Shown here: positions 17,752 through 27,764 of the stretch, one piece after another
Numbering within the stretch: the stretch's first letter is position 1
Layout of the letters: the number at the start of each line of letters is the position of its first letter
Assembly (NCBI GenBank): GCA_964361405.1
Contig: CAYIAA010000001.1
Coordinates: forward strand, 20,917-84,916
Source of the DNA: an uncultured Candidatus Saccharibacteria bacterium
GTDB lineage: Bacteria > Patescibacteriota > Minisyncoccia > Phycocordibacterales > UBA3531
DNA: 64,000 nucleotides
Direction of reading: 5' to 3'
Program-made: the position numbers and the translations under genes
Notes under the pieces: generated by a model
What the model saw: only the letters and a program-made list of their open reading frames with translations
What the model was told of the DNA's origin: nothing
Databases searched by the model: none

Positions 17752-19131
17752 ATGAAGCAGAAAACTATTTTTATCGTCGTTTCACAGACTATTATCATTC
17801 GGAACATTTTACGCTCCGGTGTATTTGATGCACTTCGCAAAAAAGGTTACAGACTTGTCATCTTCTTTAACTGCGAGCGTCTCCCGGACTATATCTCGGA
17901 AGAGTTCAGTGGTTCCGATGTCACGCTTATCGCTATCCACGACACGAGAGTTGGTCGTCTCCATCGAAAATTTATTGAGTTCACACACCTCTTGCTTTGG
18001 ACTAAAACGACGAGGCGCTATTTCCGTTATAGTCGTAATTTCGTTGAGAAATCGCGTATTATCGTATGGTTCCACCTTGCCGCGATGCGTCTCTTGAGTA
18101 CCATGGGTTTTCTTAAACCGCTTTCGCGCTGGATCGAGGGGATGTTCTTCAAGGAAAGAGATCAAGATGTCGAGACATGTTTCGATCGGTACAAGCCGGA
18201 CTTGGTGTTTTCGACTTCAATCACCTCTAAAATGGACAATGTCTTTATAAAGGCGGCTAAACGGCGCAGTATTCTGACTGTTTCCATGCCGAAGAGTTGG
18301 GATACGGCGACGAAAATGTATTACCGTTTCGTGCCGGATTATTTCATAGTGCAGAACGAACTCCTGAAAGATCAGCTCGTCAATCTTCAGGATTTTTCCC
18401 GGGAGAAGGTTTTTGTCGTCGGCTACCCGCAGTTTGACTGGTATGCGAGGGAAGAAATCATCCGTTCCCGAGAGGAGCATTTCAAAAAAATGGGGCTTGA
18501 TCCGAAGCTCCCGCTCATACTTTTTGGTTCGCAGGGAAGCTGGTACGACAAAGACTACCAGGTTGTCGAGAAAATCTACGAATGGATTCGGAAAGACGAG
18601 CTTGCGCGTCCCGCACAGCTCTTGGTCCGACCCCACTTCTCAAATGTAAAGAAGAATCCTTTCCAGAAATACCGGAATCTTCCGCGGGCGGCTTACGACG
18701 ATTCCTACCGCATATCGTACGATTTCCGGGACAATTGGGATCCGAGTGTTGCTGAAACGATAGATCTCGCGAACACCATTGCCCACGCGGATGTAGTCGT
18801 TATTATTCTCTCAACGCTTGCGCTTGACGCCGCTTGCCGCGATAAACCAGTGATTAACGCGCTCTTCGGGGCGAAATACCGGAAAGGGAAGGATATTACA
18901 CCGCTCATGCAGTACACGAGCCACTACGAATGGGTTATCGACACCGACGCCACATTCCGCGCGAACTCGCCCGAGGAGCTAAAGCGTTATATCAATATCT
19001 GTCTTCAAAATCCGTCAGTGAAGGCGGAGGAGCGGAAAGTCCTCCGTGAACGGCTGTGTTACCGGGTTGACGGAAGGTCGTCGGAACGCTTAGTTCTCGC
19101 GCTTGGAGAGATAATTAAGCGGGGAGAGTAA
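17752..19131 (+). CDS. GT-B protein, TagF-like (paralog of 6895..8241)
   Basis: KSWD, VGYPQFD, LVRPH, STLALD motifs; start at ATG 17752. Confidence 0.6.
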   Translation: MKQKTIFIVVSQTIIIRNILRSGVFDALRKKGYRLVIFFNCERLPDYISEEFSGSDVTLIAIHDTRVGRLHRKFIEFTHLLLWTKTTRRYFRYSRNFVEKSRIIVWFHLAAMRLLSTMGFLKPLSRWIEGMFFKERDQDVETCFDRYKPDLVFSTSITSKMDNVFIKAAKRRSILTVSMPKSWDTATKMYYRFVPDYFIVQNELLKDQLVNLQDFSREKVFVVGYPQFDWYAREEIIRSREEHFKKMGLDPKLPLILFGSQGSWYDKDYQVVEKIYEWIRKDELARPAQLLVRPHFSNVKKNPFQKYRNLPRAAYDDSYRISYDFRDNWDPSVAETIDLANTIAHADVVVIILSTLALDAACRDKPVINALFGAKYRKGKDITPLMQYTSHYEWVIDTDATFRANSPEELKRYINICLQNPSVKAEERKVLRERLCYRVDGRSSERLVLALGEIIKRGE

Positions 19132-19776
19132 ATGTATATGGTATCGAAAGAAAAAATGCTTAGATTATTCAGGAAAGTCGCCAATTGGTACTACCTGTTT
19201 CGATTACAAAGACTTCCTGTCTGGGTTGAGATAGAGCGGTTTAAAAAACACGTAACATTCGGGAAGACGTACCCGCATTATGCGAAGTATTACATTCTCT
19301 ATAAAACAATACGTAATCTGAAACCGTTATATACTCTTGAACTCGGGAGCGGCATAAGTTCCCTTATTATTGGGTTTGCTCTCAAGGAAAACGGAGGTGG
19401 CGTCTTAGTTTCGATGGAAGAGAGCGGAGAGTACGGCAAAGAGGTAATGGAAACGATTGGTCATGAATATCCGATTGAACTTCATATAGAGGAAGCCATC
19501 GAAGATAAATACACGGACTTCGAAGGCAATCGATATCAGAATATTCCAAGGAAACCATACGATTTCATTTTTATAGATGGCCCGAGAACGAAAAAAGTAG
19601 ATCTCGACGTTTTCTATATACTGGAGTATTGCCCGAATGCCCGAGTGCTTATTGATAACCGCAAGAGAACATTCGATGCGTTCAAATCAAGATTCAGATC
19701 CAGTTTTAATACTATTACGAACATCGGGTATATTAACTTGCCTACAATAAAATCTAGATATGAGCGGACGAGTTAA
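19132..19776 (+). CDS. Class I SAM-dependent O-methyltransferase (Methyltransf_24-like)
   Basis: TLELGSGISS and YDFIFIDGP motifs. Confidence 0.75.
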   Translation: MYMVSKEKMLRLFRKVANWYYLFRLQRLPVWVEIERFKKHVTFGKTYPHYAKYYILYKTIRNLKPLYTLELGSGISSLIIGFALKENGGGVLVSMEESGEYGKEVMETIGHEYPIELHIEEAIEDKYTDFEGNRYQNIPRKPYDFIFIDGPRTKKVDLDVFYILEYCPNARVLIDNRKRTFDAFKSRFRSSFNTITNIGYINLPTIKSRYERTS

Positions 19777-21547
19777 CAATTTACGAAGACTCATTGGGAT
19801 ATCCGGAACAACATTCCGGCAGTATCAGGGGCAGATTATTCTTATCACTGTGCTCGGATTTGTGGGTGGGATTCTCGAAGGTATTGGCGTGAACGCCCTC
19901 ATTCCTGTTTTTTCATTTGCCGCAGGGGAAGGTTTTGCCGCGGGGGACGCCATCTCGCGCTTTATTGAGAATGTTTTTGTTTTTGCCGGTATTCCATTTC
20001 GTCTTGGATACTTGATTGCAGTTGTGGTCTTTCTATTCCTCGGGAAAGCCGTTGCCTTCTACTTCTTTAGTGTTATAAAGGTGAGAATCACTGCTGACTA
20101 CGAGCATTACCTGCGGAGCGACCTTATGGCAGGCACGCTTCGCGCGCGGTGGCTTTACCTCGCCAGTGAGAAGATCGGGCACCTTGAGAATGTGCTGATG
20201 ACCGATGTTCGGTTTGCATCAACAATCCTTCAGAAGGTGAGCAACCTTATCATGGCTTTCTCGAGTATTACTGTGTATTCGCTTATCGCAATCTCGATTT
20301 CTGCGCGAATCACGCTTCTCGCACTCGGGTTTGGTGCCCTTATCGCGCTTCTTTTTAAACGTCTCGTCGCGGAGGTGCGGGAGGTTGCCGCGGAGACAGG
20401 GCAATTCAATAAACGCGTCGCCCACTACGTGAACGAGAGTGTGCTTGGGATGAAAATTCTGAAAGCGATGGATGTAGGGGAAGGTGTGCGCGCGCGAGCG
20501 CAGGGGTACTTTGACCGCCTGAAAGAGCTCAAAATCCGGCTCGTTTTACTCACGAATTGGAGTGCGGTCGCGCTCCAGCCGCTTTCGGTCTTTTTCATTC
20601 TCACTCTCTTTGCTTTTTCATACCGCACCCCGGATTTTCAGCTCGCATCGTTTATGGTTGTCGTCTATCTCGTCTACCGCATTTTCCAACAGGTGAATCA
20701 AGTGCTTGGTAGTCTCTATGCCGCGGCGGACACCGAGCCATACCTTGAAACCGCCCTTGCCTATCAAAGGCGCACGGCGGAGGCGCGGGAGAGTAAGGGT
20801 GGCAAAGAACCCTTTGCATTCTCACGTGAACTTGCCTTTAGAAACGTTTCTTTTTCCTATACAGCCGGAGAGTCAGTGCTCAGCGGGGTCAATTTCAAGA
20901 TTGAACGCGGTGAAATGATCGGGCTCATTGGCCCATCTGGAGCGGGGAAGACGACTGTTGTCGATCTTTTGCTTCGGCTGTTTTCTCCGACTGCCGGGGA
21001 GATTACTGTGGACGGGGGTAATGTAGAAGCTATCGCCGTCCCCGCGTGGCGCAAGTCCGTTGGCTACATTCCGCAGGACATATTTTTGATGAATGATACT
21101 GTCACAGCAAATGTGAAGTTCTACGATGACTCAATCTCGGACGAGGTGGTACAGAGTGCCGTTCGAGATGCGGCGATTGCCGAACGTATTGATCGCCTGC
21201 CGCAGAAATTTGAAACGGTCGTTGGGGAACGTGGAGTCCGACTCTCCGCGGGCGAACGCCAACGTATCGCGATTGCACGGGTCTTGGCGCGGAAACCCGC
21301 GATTCTAATTCTGGACGAGGCGACGAGCGCGCTTGACAGTGAATCGGAGAAGGAAGTACAAAAGGTGATCGAGTCCTTGAAGGGCCATGTTACCATCATT
21401 GTGATTGCCCACCGGCTTTCGACGGTTATGCACTGTGATCGGCTTCTAGTTTTGGATGGTGGCAGTATCGCGGAATCAGGAACACCAGAGGAACTTCTTA
21501 AACGGCAGAGTTCTTATTTCTATAAACTGATTCACCTTACATCTTAG
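19760..21547 (+). CDS. ABC exporter, fused TMD+NBD (MsbA/PglK/Wzk-like glycan flippase)
   Basis: Hydrophobic N-half; GPSGAGKT Walker A, LSAGERQ signature, ILILDE Walker B, IAHRL. Confidence 0.9.
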   Translation: MSGRVNNLRRLIGISGTTFRQYQGQIILITVLGFVGGILEGIGVNALIPVFSFAAGEGFAAGDAISRFIENVFVFAGIPFRLGYLIAVVVFLFLGKAVAFYFFSVIKVRITADYEHYLRSDLMAGTLRARWLYLASEKIGHLENVLMTDVRFASTILQKVSNLIMAFSSITVYSLIAISISARITLLALGFGALIALLFKRLVAEVREVAAETGQFNKRVAHYVNESVLGMKILKAMDVGEGVRARAQGYFDRLKELKIRLVLLTNWSAVALQPLSVFFILTLFAFSYRTPDFQLASFMVVVYLVYRIFQQVNQVLGSLYAAADTEPYLETALAYQRRTAEARESKGGKEPFAFSRELAFRNVSFSYTAGESVLSGVNFKIERGEMIGLIGPSGAGKTTVVDLLLRLFSPTAGEITVDGGNVEAIAVPAWRKSVGYIPQDIFLMNDTVTANVKFYDDSISDEVVQSAVRDAAIAERIDRLPQKFETVVGERGVRLSAGERQRIAIARVLARKPAILILDEATSALDSESEKEVQKVIESLKGHVTIIVIAHRLSTVMHCDRLLVLDGGSIAESGTPEELLKRQSSYFYKLIHLTS

Positions 21548-21549
21548 TT

Positions 21550-23082
21550 ATGCGTGTTTTCGTTTTTCGTTTTCATTCCCCAATGTTGATCAATGTCGTA
21601 CGCCGGTTCCGAGACGAAGGCACCGAGGTTTTATATTGGGAGGGGTCCAAACACTACTTCGACGCTCTACGGAAGAGCGGGGAATTTCCCAAGACAATGT
21701 TTCATAACACGATCGACGCTGTCCGTGGAATCCCTGCTCTAGGTCTCGACGTGTCGTCCTTCGAGCCAGCGGGGAAAAACCTTCTCGAAACTATGTCGCC
21801 CCATGAGGCGCAAATTATTCGCATGATGGATGCTGTTGATATAGATGGAGCGTCGTATGCTAAGAAGAAACACCTGTACACACAATACCTCTCTTACTGG
21901 AGTGGGCTTCTTGAGAAAATGAAGCCCGACGCAATTCTCTTCGCCGATATTCCTCACATAGCTCATCAATACACGCTCTATGCACTCGCGAAGCAGAAGG
22001 GAGTGCGAACCCTGATGCTCCGCACGATTCCTGTTTTTGGTCGCCTTATCTTTTTTTCCGACCACACCTGCTATGATGAGCTTGCCGAAGAGGTTCATAA
22101 AACAAAAGGGAAACTTTTCAACGTTTCTGATCTCTCAGCCGATGCACGCCTCTACTACGAACGGCAGACGAATCTGCGAGTGGATGCGCACCCTTTCTAC
22201 ATGAAGCATGAGTATATTAAAGGATTTCAACGTGGTAGGCGTTTACTTCCCAATATACAGAGTATTTTCCAGCATCTCCGGGATGGGACGCTTTTTACCA
22301 CAGTGCATGGCTACTTTGGTATGCTCTCGCGTAAGCGAAGAATCGCGAGCATCGAAGGATTTGAGGTAACGGGTTTCGGGCTCAAGAAAAAAATGCGGGA
22401 GTGGCAAGGGAAAAAGGAAAATTTCCGCGAGGAGCACAGTCGGTTCGTCACCCTCAATCCTGACTACTCGCGGAAGTTTATTTATGTTGCACTCCACAAA
22501 CAGCCGGAGGCATCAACCTCCGCTATGGGTGATGTCTTTGTTGATCAGTTGCTCATGGTCGAAATGTTATCGCGTTCGCTTCTTCCCGACTGGTTTTTGT
22601 ACGTTAAGGAGAGTCCACTCCAGTGGGTTAATCCGCGTGCTGAACTCGGGCGCTATCCCGGTTATTACGAAGAGATGGCAAGATATCCGAATGTCATTCT
22701 CGTTCCAACCGACACCGATACCTTTATGCTCACCGAGCTCTCGCAGGCTGTTGCTTCGGTGACGGGGACAGTTGGCTTTGAAGCCGTCCTCCGGGGTAAG
22801 CCCGCACTTGCCTTCGGGCATATTTGGTACCAACATTGCGACGGGGTGTTTAAGGTGCAGAATTTTGATGCGTGCAAGCAGGCGATTTGCGAAATTGCCG
22901 CTGGCTCGAAGCCAGATAAGCAGAAAGTACTCAACTTTATGGTGGCACTTGACCGAGGGACGGTGCGAGGGTTTCCAAATTTGCGTTTTCAGAAAGATAC
23001 CGGTATTGGTATCAAGGAGAATGTAGGTGCGATTGCTGGTGCTTTTGGGCGGATGCTCGGTCTCCGGCAAGGTCCAAATTAG
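21550..23082 (+). CDS. KpsS/Capsule_synth-like glycosyltransferase (possible nonulosonate transferase)
   Basis: YVALHKQPEAS, LYVKESP, TGTVGFEAVLRGKP motifs; adjacent to neuC/neuA. Confidence 0.6.
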   Translation: MRVFVFRFHSPMLINVVRRFRDEGTEVLYWEGSKHYFDALRKSGEFPKTMFHNTIDAVRGIPALGLDVSSFEPAGKNLLETMSPHEAQIIRMMDAVDIDGASYAKKKHLYTQYLSYWSGLLEKMKPDAILFADIPHIAHQYTLYALAKQKGVRTLMLRTIPVFGRLIFFSDHTCYDELAEEVHKTKGKLFNVSDLSADARLYYERQTNLRVDAHPFYMKHEYIKGFQRGRRLLPNIQSIFQHLRDGTLFTTVHGYFGMLSRKRRIASIEGFEVTGFGLKKKMREWQGKKENFREEHSRFVTLNPDYSRKFIYVALHKQPEASTSAMGDVFVDQLLMVEMLSRSLLPDWFLYVKESPLQWVNPRAELGRYPGYYEEMARYPNVILVPTDTDTFMLTELSQAVASVTGTVGFEAVLRGKPALAFGHIWYQHCDGVFKVQNFDACKQAICEIAAGSKPDKQKVLNFMVALDRGTVRGFPNLRFQKDTGIGIKENVGAIAGAFGRMLGLRQGPN

Positions 23083-23117
23083 GCGACATTTTACTGATTC
23101 GGCAAGTTATAAAAACC

Positions 23118-24266
23118 ATGCGCAAGATTTGTTTCGTCATTACATCCCATATCCACTATGCCCGGAGCAAGCTTATTTTGGAAGAACTCAAGCGTGACCT
23201 AGGAACAGAGCTTTTGATCGTTGTTGGAGCATCGGCGATTCTCGACCCGCATGGCGATGTTTTGTCACTCCTCGAGCGCGATGGGTTTCCCCACCACGCA
23301 AAAATTCACATGATGCTCGAAGGGGGAAATCCGATTGCGATGGCAAAAACGACCGGTATCGGTATTATGGAATTCGCGACCGCATTCGATAATCTCCGTC
23401 CTGACGTCGTCGTCGTCCGCGGTGACCGCTATGAAGTGCTTGCCGCCGTAATCGCCGCGGCCTATCTCCATATTCCCATCGCGCATATCGAAGGGGGAGA
23501 TGTGACGGGCACGATTGACGAGAGCGTGCGCCACGCGATTACGAAGCTCGCGCACATTCACTTCACTACCAATGAGGCGGCACGGAAGCGAGTTCTTGCC
23601 ATGGGGGAGCATCCGAAGTACGTGTTTAATTTCGGCGCGCCCGAACTTGAGTTTGTCGCTAAAAATACCTTTCAGATTGACAACGACTTTATCAACCGTC
23701 TCGGCGTCGGTGATGCAATAGACATTGACGAGCCGTTTCTCGTAGTAATGCAACATCCGGTGACGAGCGAGATGGGAAAAAATCGCGCACACATCGAAGA
23801 AACGCTTCACGCAGTGCACGACCTCAAAATTCCGACCATTTGGTTTTGGCCGAATGTCGATGCAGGCTCCGACGAGATATCAAAAGGTATCCGGTCATTT
23901 CGAGAAAAGTATAAACCAGAACATATGCGTTTTATTAAATACCTCCCGCCGGAGGAATTCATTGCGCTTTTGAAAAAAACACACTGCCTGGTGGGAAATT
24001 CTTCGGCGGGGATTAAAGAGAGTTCTTATCTTGGTATTCCGGTCGTCAATATCGGTACGCGGCAGAATAATCGCCTGCGGGGTAACAATGTTTTGGATGT
24101 CCCACACAATCGGAATAAGATAAAGAAAGCAATTCAAAAACAACTTGCCCACGGACTCTATAAAAAAGACATGCTCTACTGCCAAAAAGACACCTCTAAA
24201 AATATTGTACGGACGCTCAAAAAAGTCACGCTCTATACCCAAAAAGTTTTTCATGATCGGAAGTAA
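23118..24266 (+). CDS. neuC: UDP-GlcNAc 2-epimerase (hydrolysing), NeuC family
   Basis: GDRYE, HIEGGD, IDESVRHAITKLAH, QHPVT, GNSSAGIKE, NIGTRQ. Confidence 0.92.
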   Translation: MRKICFVITSHIHYARSKLILEELKRDLGTELLIVVGASAILDPHGDVLSLLERDGFPHHAKIHMMLEGGNPIAMAKTTGIGIMEFATAFDNLRPDVVVVRGDRYEVLAAVIAAAYLHIPIAHIEGGDVTGTIDESVRHAITKLAHIHFTTNEAARKRVLAMGEHPKYVFNFGAPELEFVAKNTFQIDNDFINRLGVGDAIDIDEPFLVVMQHPVTSEMGKNRAHIEETLHAVHDLKIPTIWFWPNVDAGSDEISKGIRSFREKYKPEHMRFIKYLPPEEFIALLKKTHCLVGNSSAGIKESSYLGIPVVNIGTRQNNRLRGNNVLDVPHNRNKIKKAIQKQLAHGLYKKDMLYCQKDTSKNIVRTLKKVTLYTQKVFHDRK

Positions 24267-24275
24267 TCTAATATC

Positions 24276-24992
24276 GTGGCAAAGCGAATTTCAGTATTAG
24301 GTATTATCACCGCGCGGGGCGGCTCAAAAGGCATTCCGCGGAAAAATATTAAAGACCTCTGCGGAAAGCCGCTTATCGCATATACCATCGAGGCGGCAAA
24401 AGGGAGTAAATTACTTACCCGGTGCGTGCTTTCTACCGACGACACAGAGATCGCCGATATTTCCAAAAAATTCGGATGCGAAGTGCCATTTATGCGTCCT
24501 GTGGAATTTGCACAAGACAGTTCCACTTCCATTGACACAGTTAAACATGCAGTGAATTGGTTTAAGGATAACGAGGCAAAAGAATATGATTATATTATGA
24601 TTCTTCAACCAACGTCTCCCGGTAGAACGAGCGAAGATATTGACGCATCTATTAAAATTGCAGAGAAGACTGGCGCGGATTCGGTAATGAGTATGAAGGA
24701 GCTCGTTGATATGTCGGCGAAGAAGTTAAAAAAAATCGATGAGTCGGGAAAGATTCTTCCGTACTATGAAGATGAGGGAAGAGTGTCTATGATGCGGCAG
24801 GATCTTGCGAAAGTGTATAAGAGAAACTGTGCGATTTATTTGACGAAAACCGCGTCTATTATGAATGGCGATTTATTCGGCGCGGATTCTCGCGCATACA
24901 TCATGCCCGAAGAGCGATCGGCCGATATCAATAAACCCGCTGATTTTGAGTTAGCGGAGTTTTGGATGAGAAAACTTGGAAAATGCGGTTAA
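24276..24992 (+). CDS. neuA: Acylneuraminate cytidylyltransferase
   Basis: ARGGSKGIPRKN, STDD, LQPTSP, DIN motifs; GTG start. Confidence 0.92.
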   Translation: MAKRISVLGIITARGGSKGIPRKNIKDLCGKPLIAYTIEAAKGSKLLTRCVLSTDDTEIADISKKFGCEVPFMRPVEFAQDSSTSIDTVKHAVNWFKDNEAKEYDYIMILQPTSPGRTSEDIDASIKIAEKTGADSVMSMKELVDMSAKKLKKIDESGKILPYYEDEGRVSMMRQDLAKVYKRNCAIYLTKTASIMNGDLFGADSRAYIMPEERSADINKPADFELAEFWMRKLGKCG

Positions 24993-25960
24993 AAATTTTA
25001 AACACCATCGGATCCGAGTTTGCGGAGAAGGCAAAAGCTATTACAGATGCCCTGGGGGAGAGCGACTACAAATCAGTTTCTCAATCTGACCTTCCAAATG
25101 AGATCGAAAAATACGATATTGCAATTGTGGGTTTCGCGAACAAGTTTGACGCGGAAGTTTTGTCGCGCGCAAAGAATTTGAAAGTGATTGCAACTCCTGC
25201 AACCGGACTTGATCATATTGACCTGGCAGTTGCAAAAGAGAAGGGAATCGAGATTCTCTCGCTTCGCGGCGAGACGGAGTTCCTGAATTCAATCACGGGT
25301 ACTGCCGAGCTTGCGTTCGGTCTCTTGATTGATCTTCTCCGGATGACGCCGTTTTCATTTAACGATGTAAAGGAAGGCCGATGGAATAGGGAAAAGTGGC
25401 GTGGGCACAATCTTTCCGGCATGACACTTGGCGTTGTCGGCGTGGGGCGTTTGGGCAGGTGGATGGTTCGCTACGGCAATGCGTTCGATATGAAAGTTAT
25501 TTTTTCCGATCCGAATGTCGAGAAGGTGGATTGTCAAGGGTTCCCCTTGACAACAAATGGAGCAAAAAAAGTGACTTTTGATGAACTTTTATCCGCAAGT
25601 GATGCCATATCAATTCATGTACACCTGGCACCGGACACGGAAAATCTCTTTCATAAACAAGCGTTTGAGAAGATGAAAAAGACCGCCGTGCTCGTGAATA
25701 CCGCGCGCGGCAAGATCGTGAATGAAAAAGACGTATTAGAAGCTCTCATGGGTGGTACTATCGGGGGCTATGCGACGGACGTTTTCGCCGACGAGCTCGA
25801 TTTCAAAAACAATTCCTTCGCGGATCATCCTCTGGTTGAATATGCCAAGGGACATACGAATTGTATTATTGTCCCGCATATCGGCGGCATGACGTATGAA
25901 TCCCGCGAGGCGACGGACGTGTTTATTTCGGAAAAACTCGCTCGCCATTTAAAAAATTGA
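24983..25960 (+). CDS. D-isomer-specific 2-hydroxyacid dehydrogenase (SerA/hydroxypyruvate reductase-like, no ACT domain)
   Basis: TGLDHID, TAE, GVVGVGRLG, VNTARG, DVF, PHIGG; start at ATG 24983. Confidence 0.9.
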   Translation: MRLKILNTIGSEFAEKAKAITDALGESDYKSVSQSDLPNEIEKYDIAIVGFANKFDAEVLSRAKNLKVIATPATGLDHIDLAVAKEKGIEILSLRGETEFLNSITGTAELAFGLLIDLLRMTPFSFNDVKEGRWNREKWRGHNLSGMTLGVVGVGRLGRWMVRYGNAFDMKVIFSDPNVEKVDCQGFPLTTNGAKKVTFDELLSASDAISIHVHLAPDTENLFHKQAFEKMKKTAVLVNTARGKIVNEKDVLEALMGGTIGGYATDVFADELDFKNNSFADHPLVEYAKGHTNCIIVPHIGGMTYESREATDVFISEKLARHLKN

Positions 25961-25964
25961 TGCG

Positions 25965-26888
25965 ATGAAGGAAGCACCATACCCCAATTTTCTTGTTATA
26001 GGGATGGAGAGAAGTGGCACGCATTGGGTTGCTGCTCTTCTCAACAATCACCCCGAAATCGCGTGTTTTCCGTCACTTCCGTTTTACACCGAAGCCGGAA
26101 GGAACAATATCGGCGAGGTTCATTTTTTTAATACGCTGGCCGGCCTCGACAGAGTGGTCGGGGAGCGCGATACTCGTTCATTTGAAGATTTTTCGACTAA
26201 ATACAACCAAGTTTTTGCCGACCTGGTGCCGTATAAAGACAAGGTTTCAAAGGAAGAACTCTACGTGATGTTTTGTAAGCGATACAGCGATTACTGTAAC
26301 GAGCAGCGTGGTAACAAAAAAATCGTCGGTGAATCAACGCCCGCGTATGTCTTTCACCTCGATTTTATTGACACCCTGTATCCGGGTATTAAGAAAATAG
26401 CGAGCATACGCGACCCGAAAGATAAGATTGTTTCATGGCATTTCAACATGATCAGAAAAAATCGGAAGCCCGCAGGCGAACCTATCACAGAAGAATTTGC
26501 TCTGGGTTATCTTAGAAAACGTATTATCCCCGAATATGAGTCACTTCTTTTATACAATGGAGATGTGCATGTCCTCACCTATGAGCGGATGCACGAAAAA
26601 ACAAAGGAGGTCGCGCGCGGCATGGTGGAATACCTTGGTATGAAAGTCACCGATGAGCTGCTTGACCATATGGAAGCAGAATCTACTTTTGAACGGCAAA
26701 CGGCTCGTGACAGTGCAGATCATACACCTCGTAAGCCGGGAGAGCAGGATGTTTCAAGCGGCCTTCGGAAGGGGATTGTTGGCGATTGGAGGGGAAATAT
26801 AAATGACGCACTGGTGGCAAAGATAGACAGTGAAGTTGCGGAAATACGGAAAAAAGTGTTTGATAGATACCACGTTCTAGAAGAATAA
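25965..26888 (+). CDS. Sulfotransferase
   Basis: 5'-PSB GMERSGTHW, 3'-PB RDPKDKIVS, C-terminal RKGIVGDW PAPS-binding motif. Confidence 0.9.
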   Translation: MKEAPYPNFLVIGMERSGTHWVAALLNNHPEIACFPSLPFYTEAGRNNIGEVHFFNTLAGLDRVVGERDTRSFEDFSTKYNQVFADLVPYKDKVSKEELYVMFCKRYSDYCNEQRGNKKIVGESTPAYVFHLDFIDTLYPGIKKIASIRDPKDKIVSWHFNMIRKNRKPAGEPITEEFALGYLRKRIIPEYESLLLYNGDVHVLTYERMHEKTKEVARGMVEYLGMKVTDELLDHMEAESTFERQTARDSADHTPRKPGEQDVSSGLRKGIVGDWRGNINDALVAKIDSEVAEIRKKVFDRYHVLEE

Positions 26889-26893
26889 TAATT

Positions 26894-27751
26894 ATGAAAA
26901 AAAGTGACACACTTCTGCGGTTCTCGTTTACATGGGAAGGGCTCCGTACCTGTCCACTGTGCTCCCATGAGGTTATGCTGCCCTCGGGCAGTGTCGAATG
27001 GCTCGATATGCGGTTTTGGTATGTTATATGCCCCCGTTGTGGTCTTAAGTACATGAACCCGCGTCCCACTCAAGCCTCATACCAGAAATTTTATAAAGAT
27101 TACTTTTGGCAACAAAAGGTCCATAATATTGGTTTTCGGAAAGAGGGCCAAATGTGGGGCATCAAAAAGTATCAATGGGACAATGAGAAAAAATGGACAA
27201 AAGAGGAAGGGGTGAAGAATAAAATGGAGAAGCTAAAAGCACTTCGAATCGATACCGTTACCAAGGCACTCCTCTCGAAATTAGCCATTAATCGAAAGAG
27301 TCATATTCTTGAAGTGGGTTCTGGGTTTCCGGTGACACTTGATGCAATAAACAAGAAATACGGAGCCTCCGTCTATGCCATTGAACCCTCTTTAGAGGCA
27401 CAGAAATCAATTAAAAAATTCAAAAACGTCACTTTTCTTGGTTCGTACGGGGAGGAACTCAAAGTCTTGCGAAAAGGTAAAACAAAATTCGACGCCGTTA
27501 TTTTTTCGCACTCGCTTGAAAATACATTGGTACCGTTTGAGATCATGGGTTATGCACGAGATGTTTTACGCAAAGGAGGTATTATCTACGTTCAGTGCGC
27601 AAATTTGCAGACTTTTGACCAAATGAACCCATACCATCCCTACATTTTTTCTGAGAGCGCCTTTCGAGTCCTCACGAAAAAACTCAAAATGCGATACGAG
27701 AGAATATCGGATCCTACCGATCGAATGCTCACTTCACTTTTTATAAAATAG
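26894..27751 (+). CDS. Class I methyltransferase with N-terminal CxxC...CxxC zinc ribbon
   Basis: CPLC...CPRC, ILEVGSG, FDAVIFSHSLEN. Confidence 0.8.
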   Translation: MKKSDTLLRFSFTWEGLRTCPLCSHEVMLPSGSVEWLDMRFWYVICPRCGLKYMNPRPTQASYQKFYKDYFWQQKVHNIGFRKEGQMWGIKKYQWDNEKKWTKEEGVKNKMEKLKALRIDTVTKALLSKLAINRKSHILEVGSGFPVTLDAINKKYGASVYAIEPSLEAQKSIKKFKNVTFLGSYGEELKVLRKGKTKFDAVIFSHSLENTLVPFEIMGYARDVLRKGGIIYVQCANLQTFDQMNPYHPYIFSESAFRVLTKKLKMRYERISDPTDRMLTSLFIK

Positions 27752-27764
27752 AAATACCTCGGGA

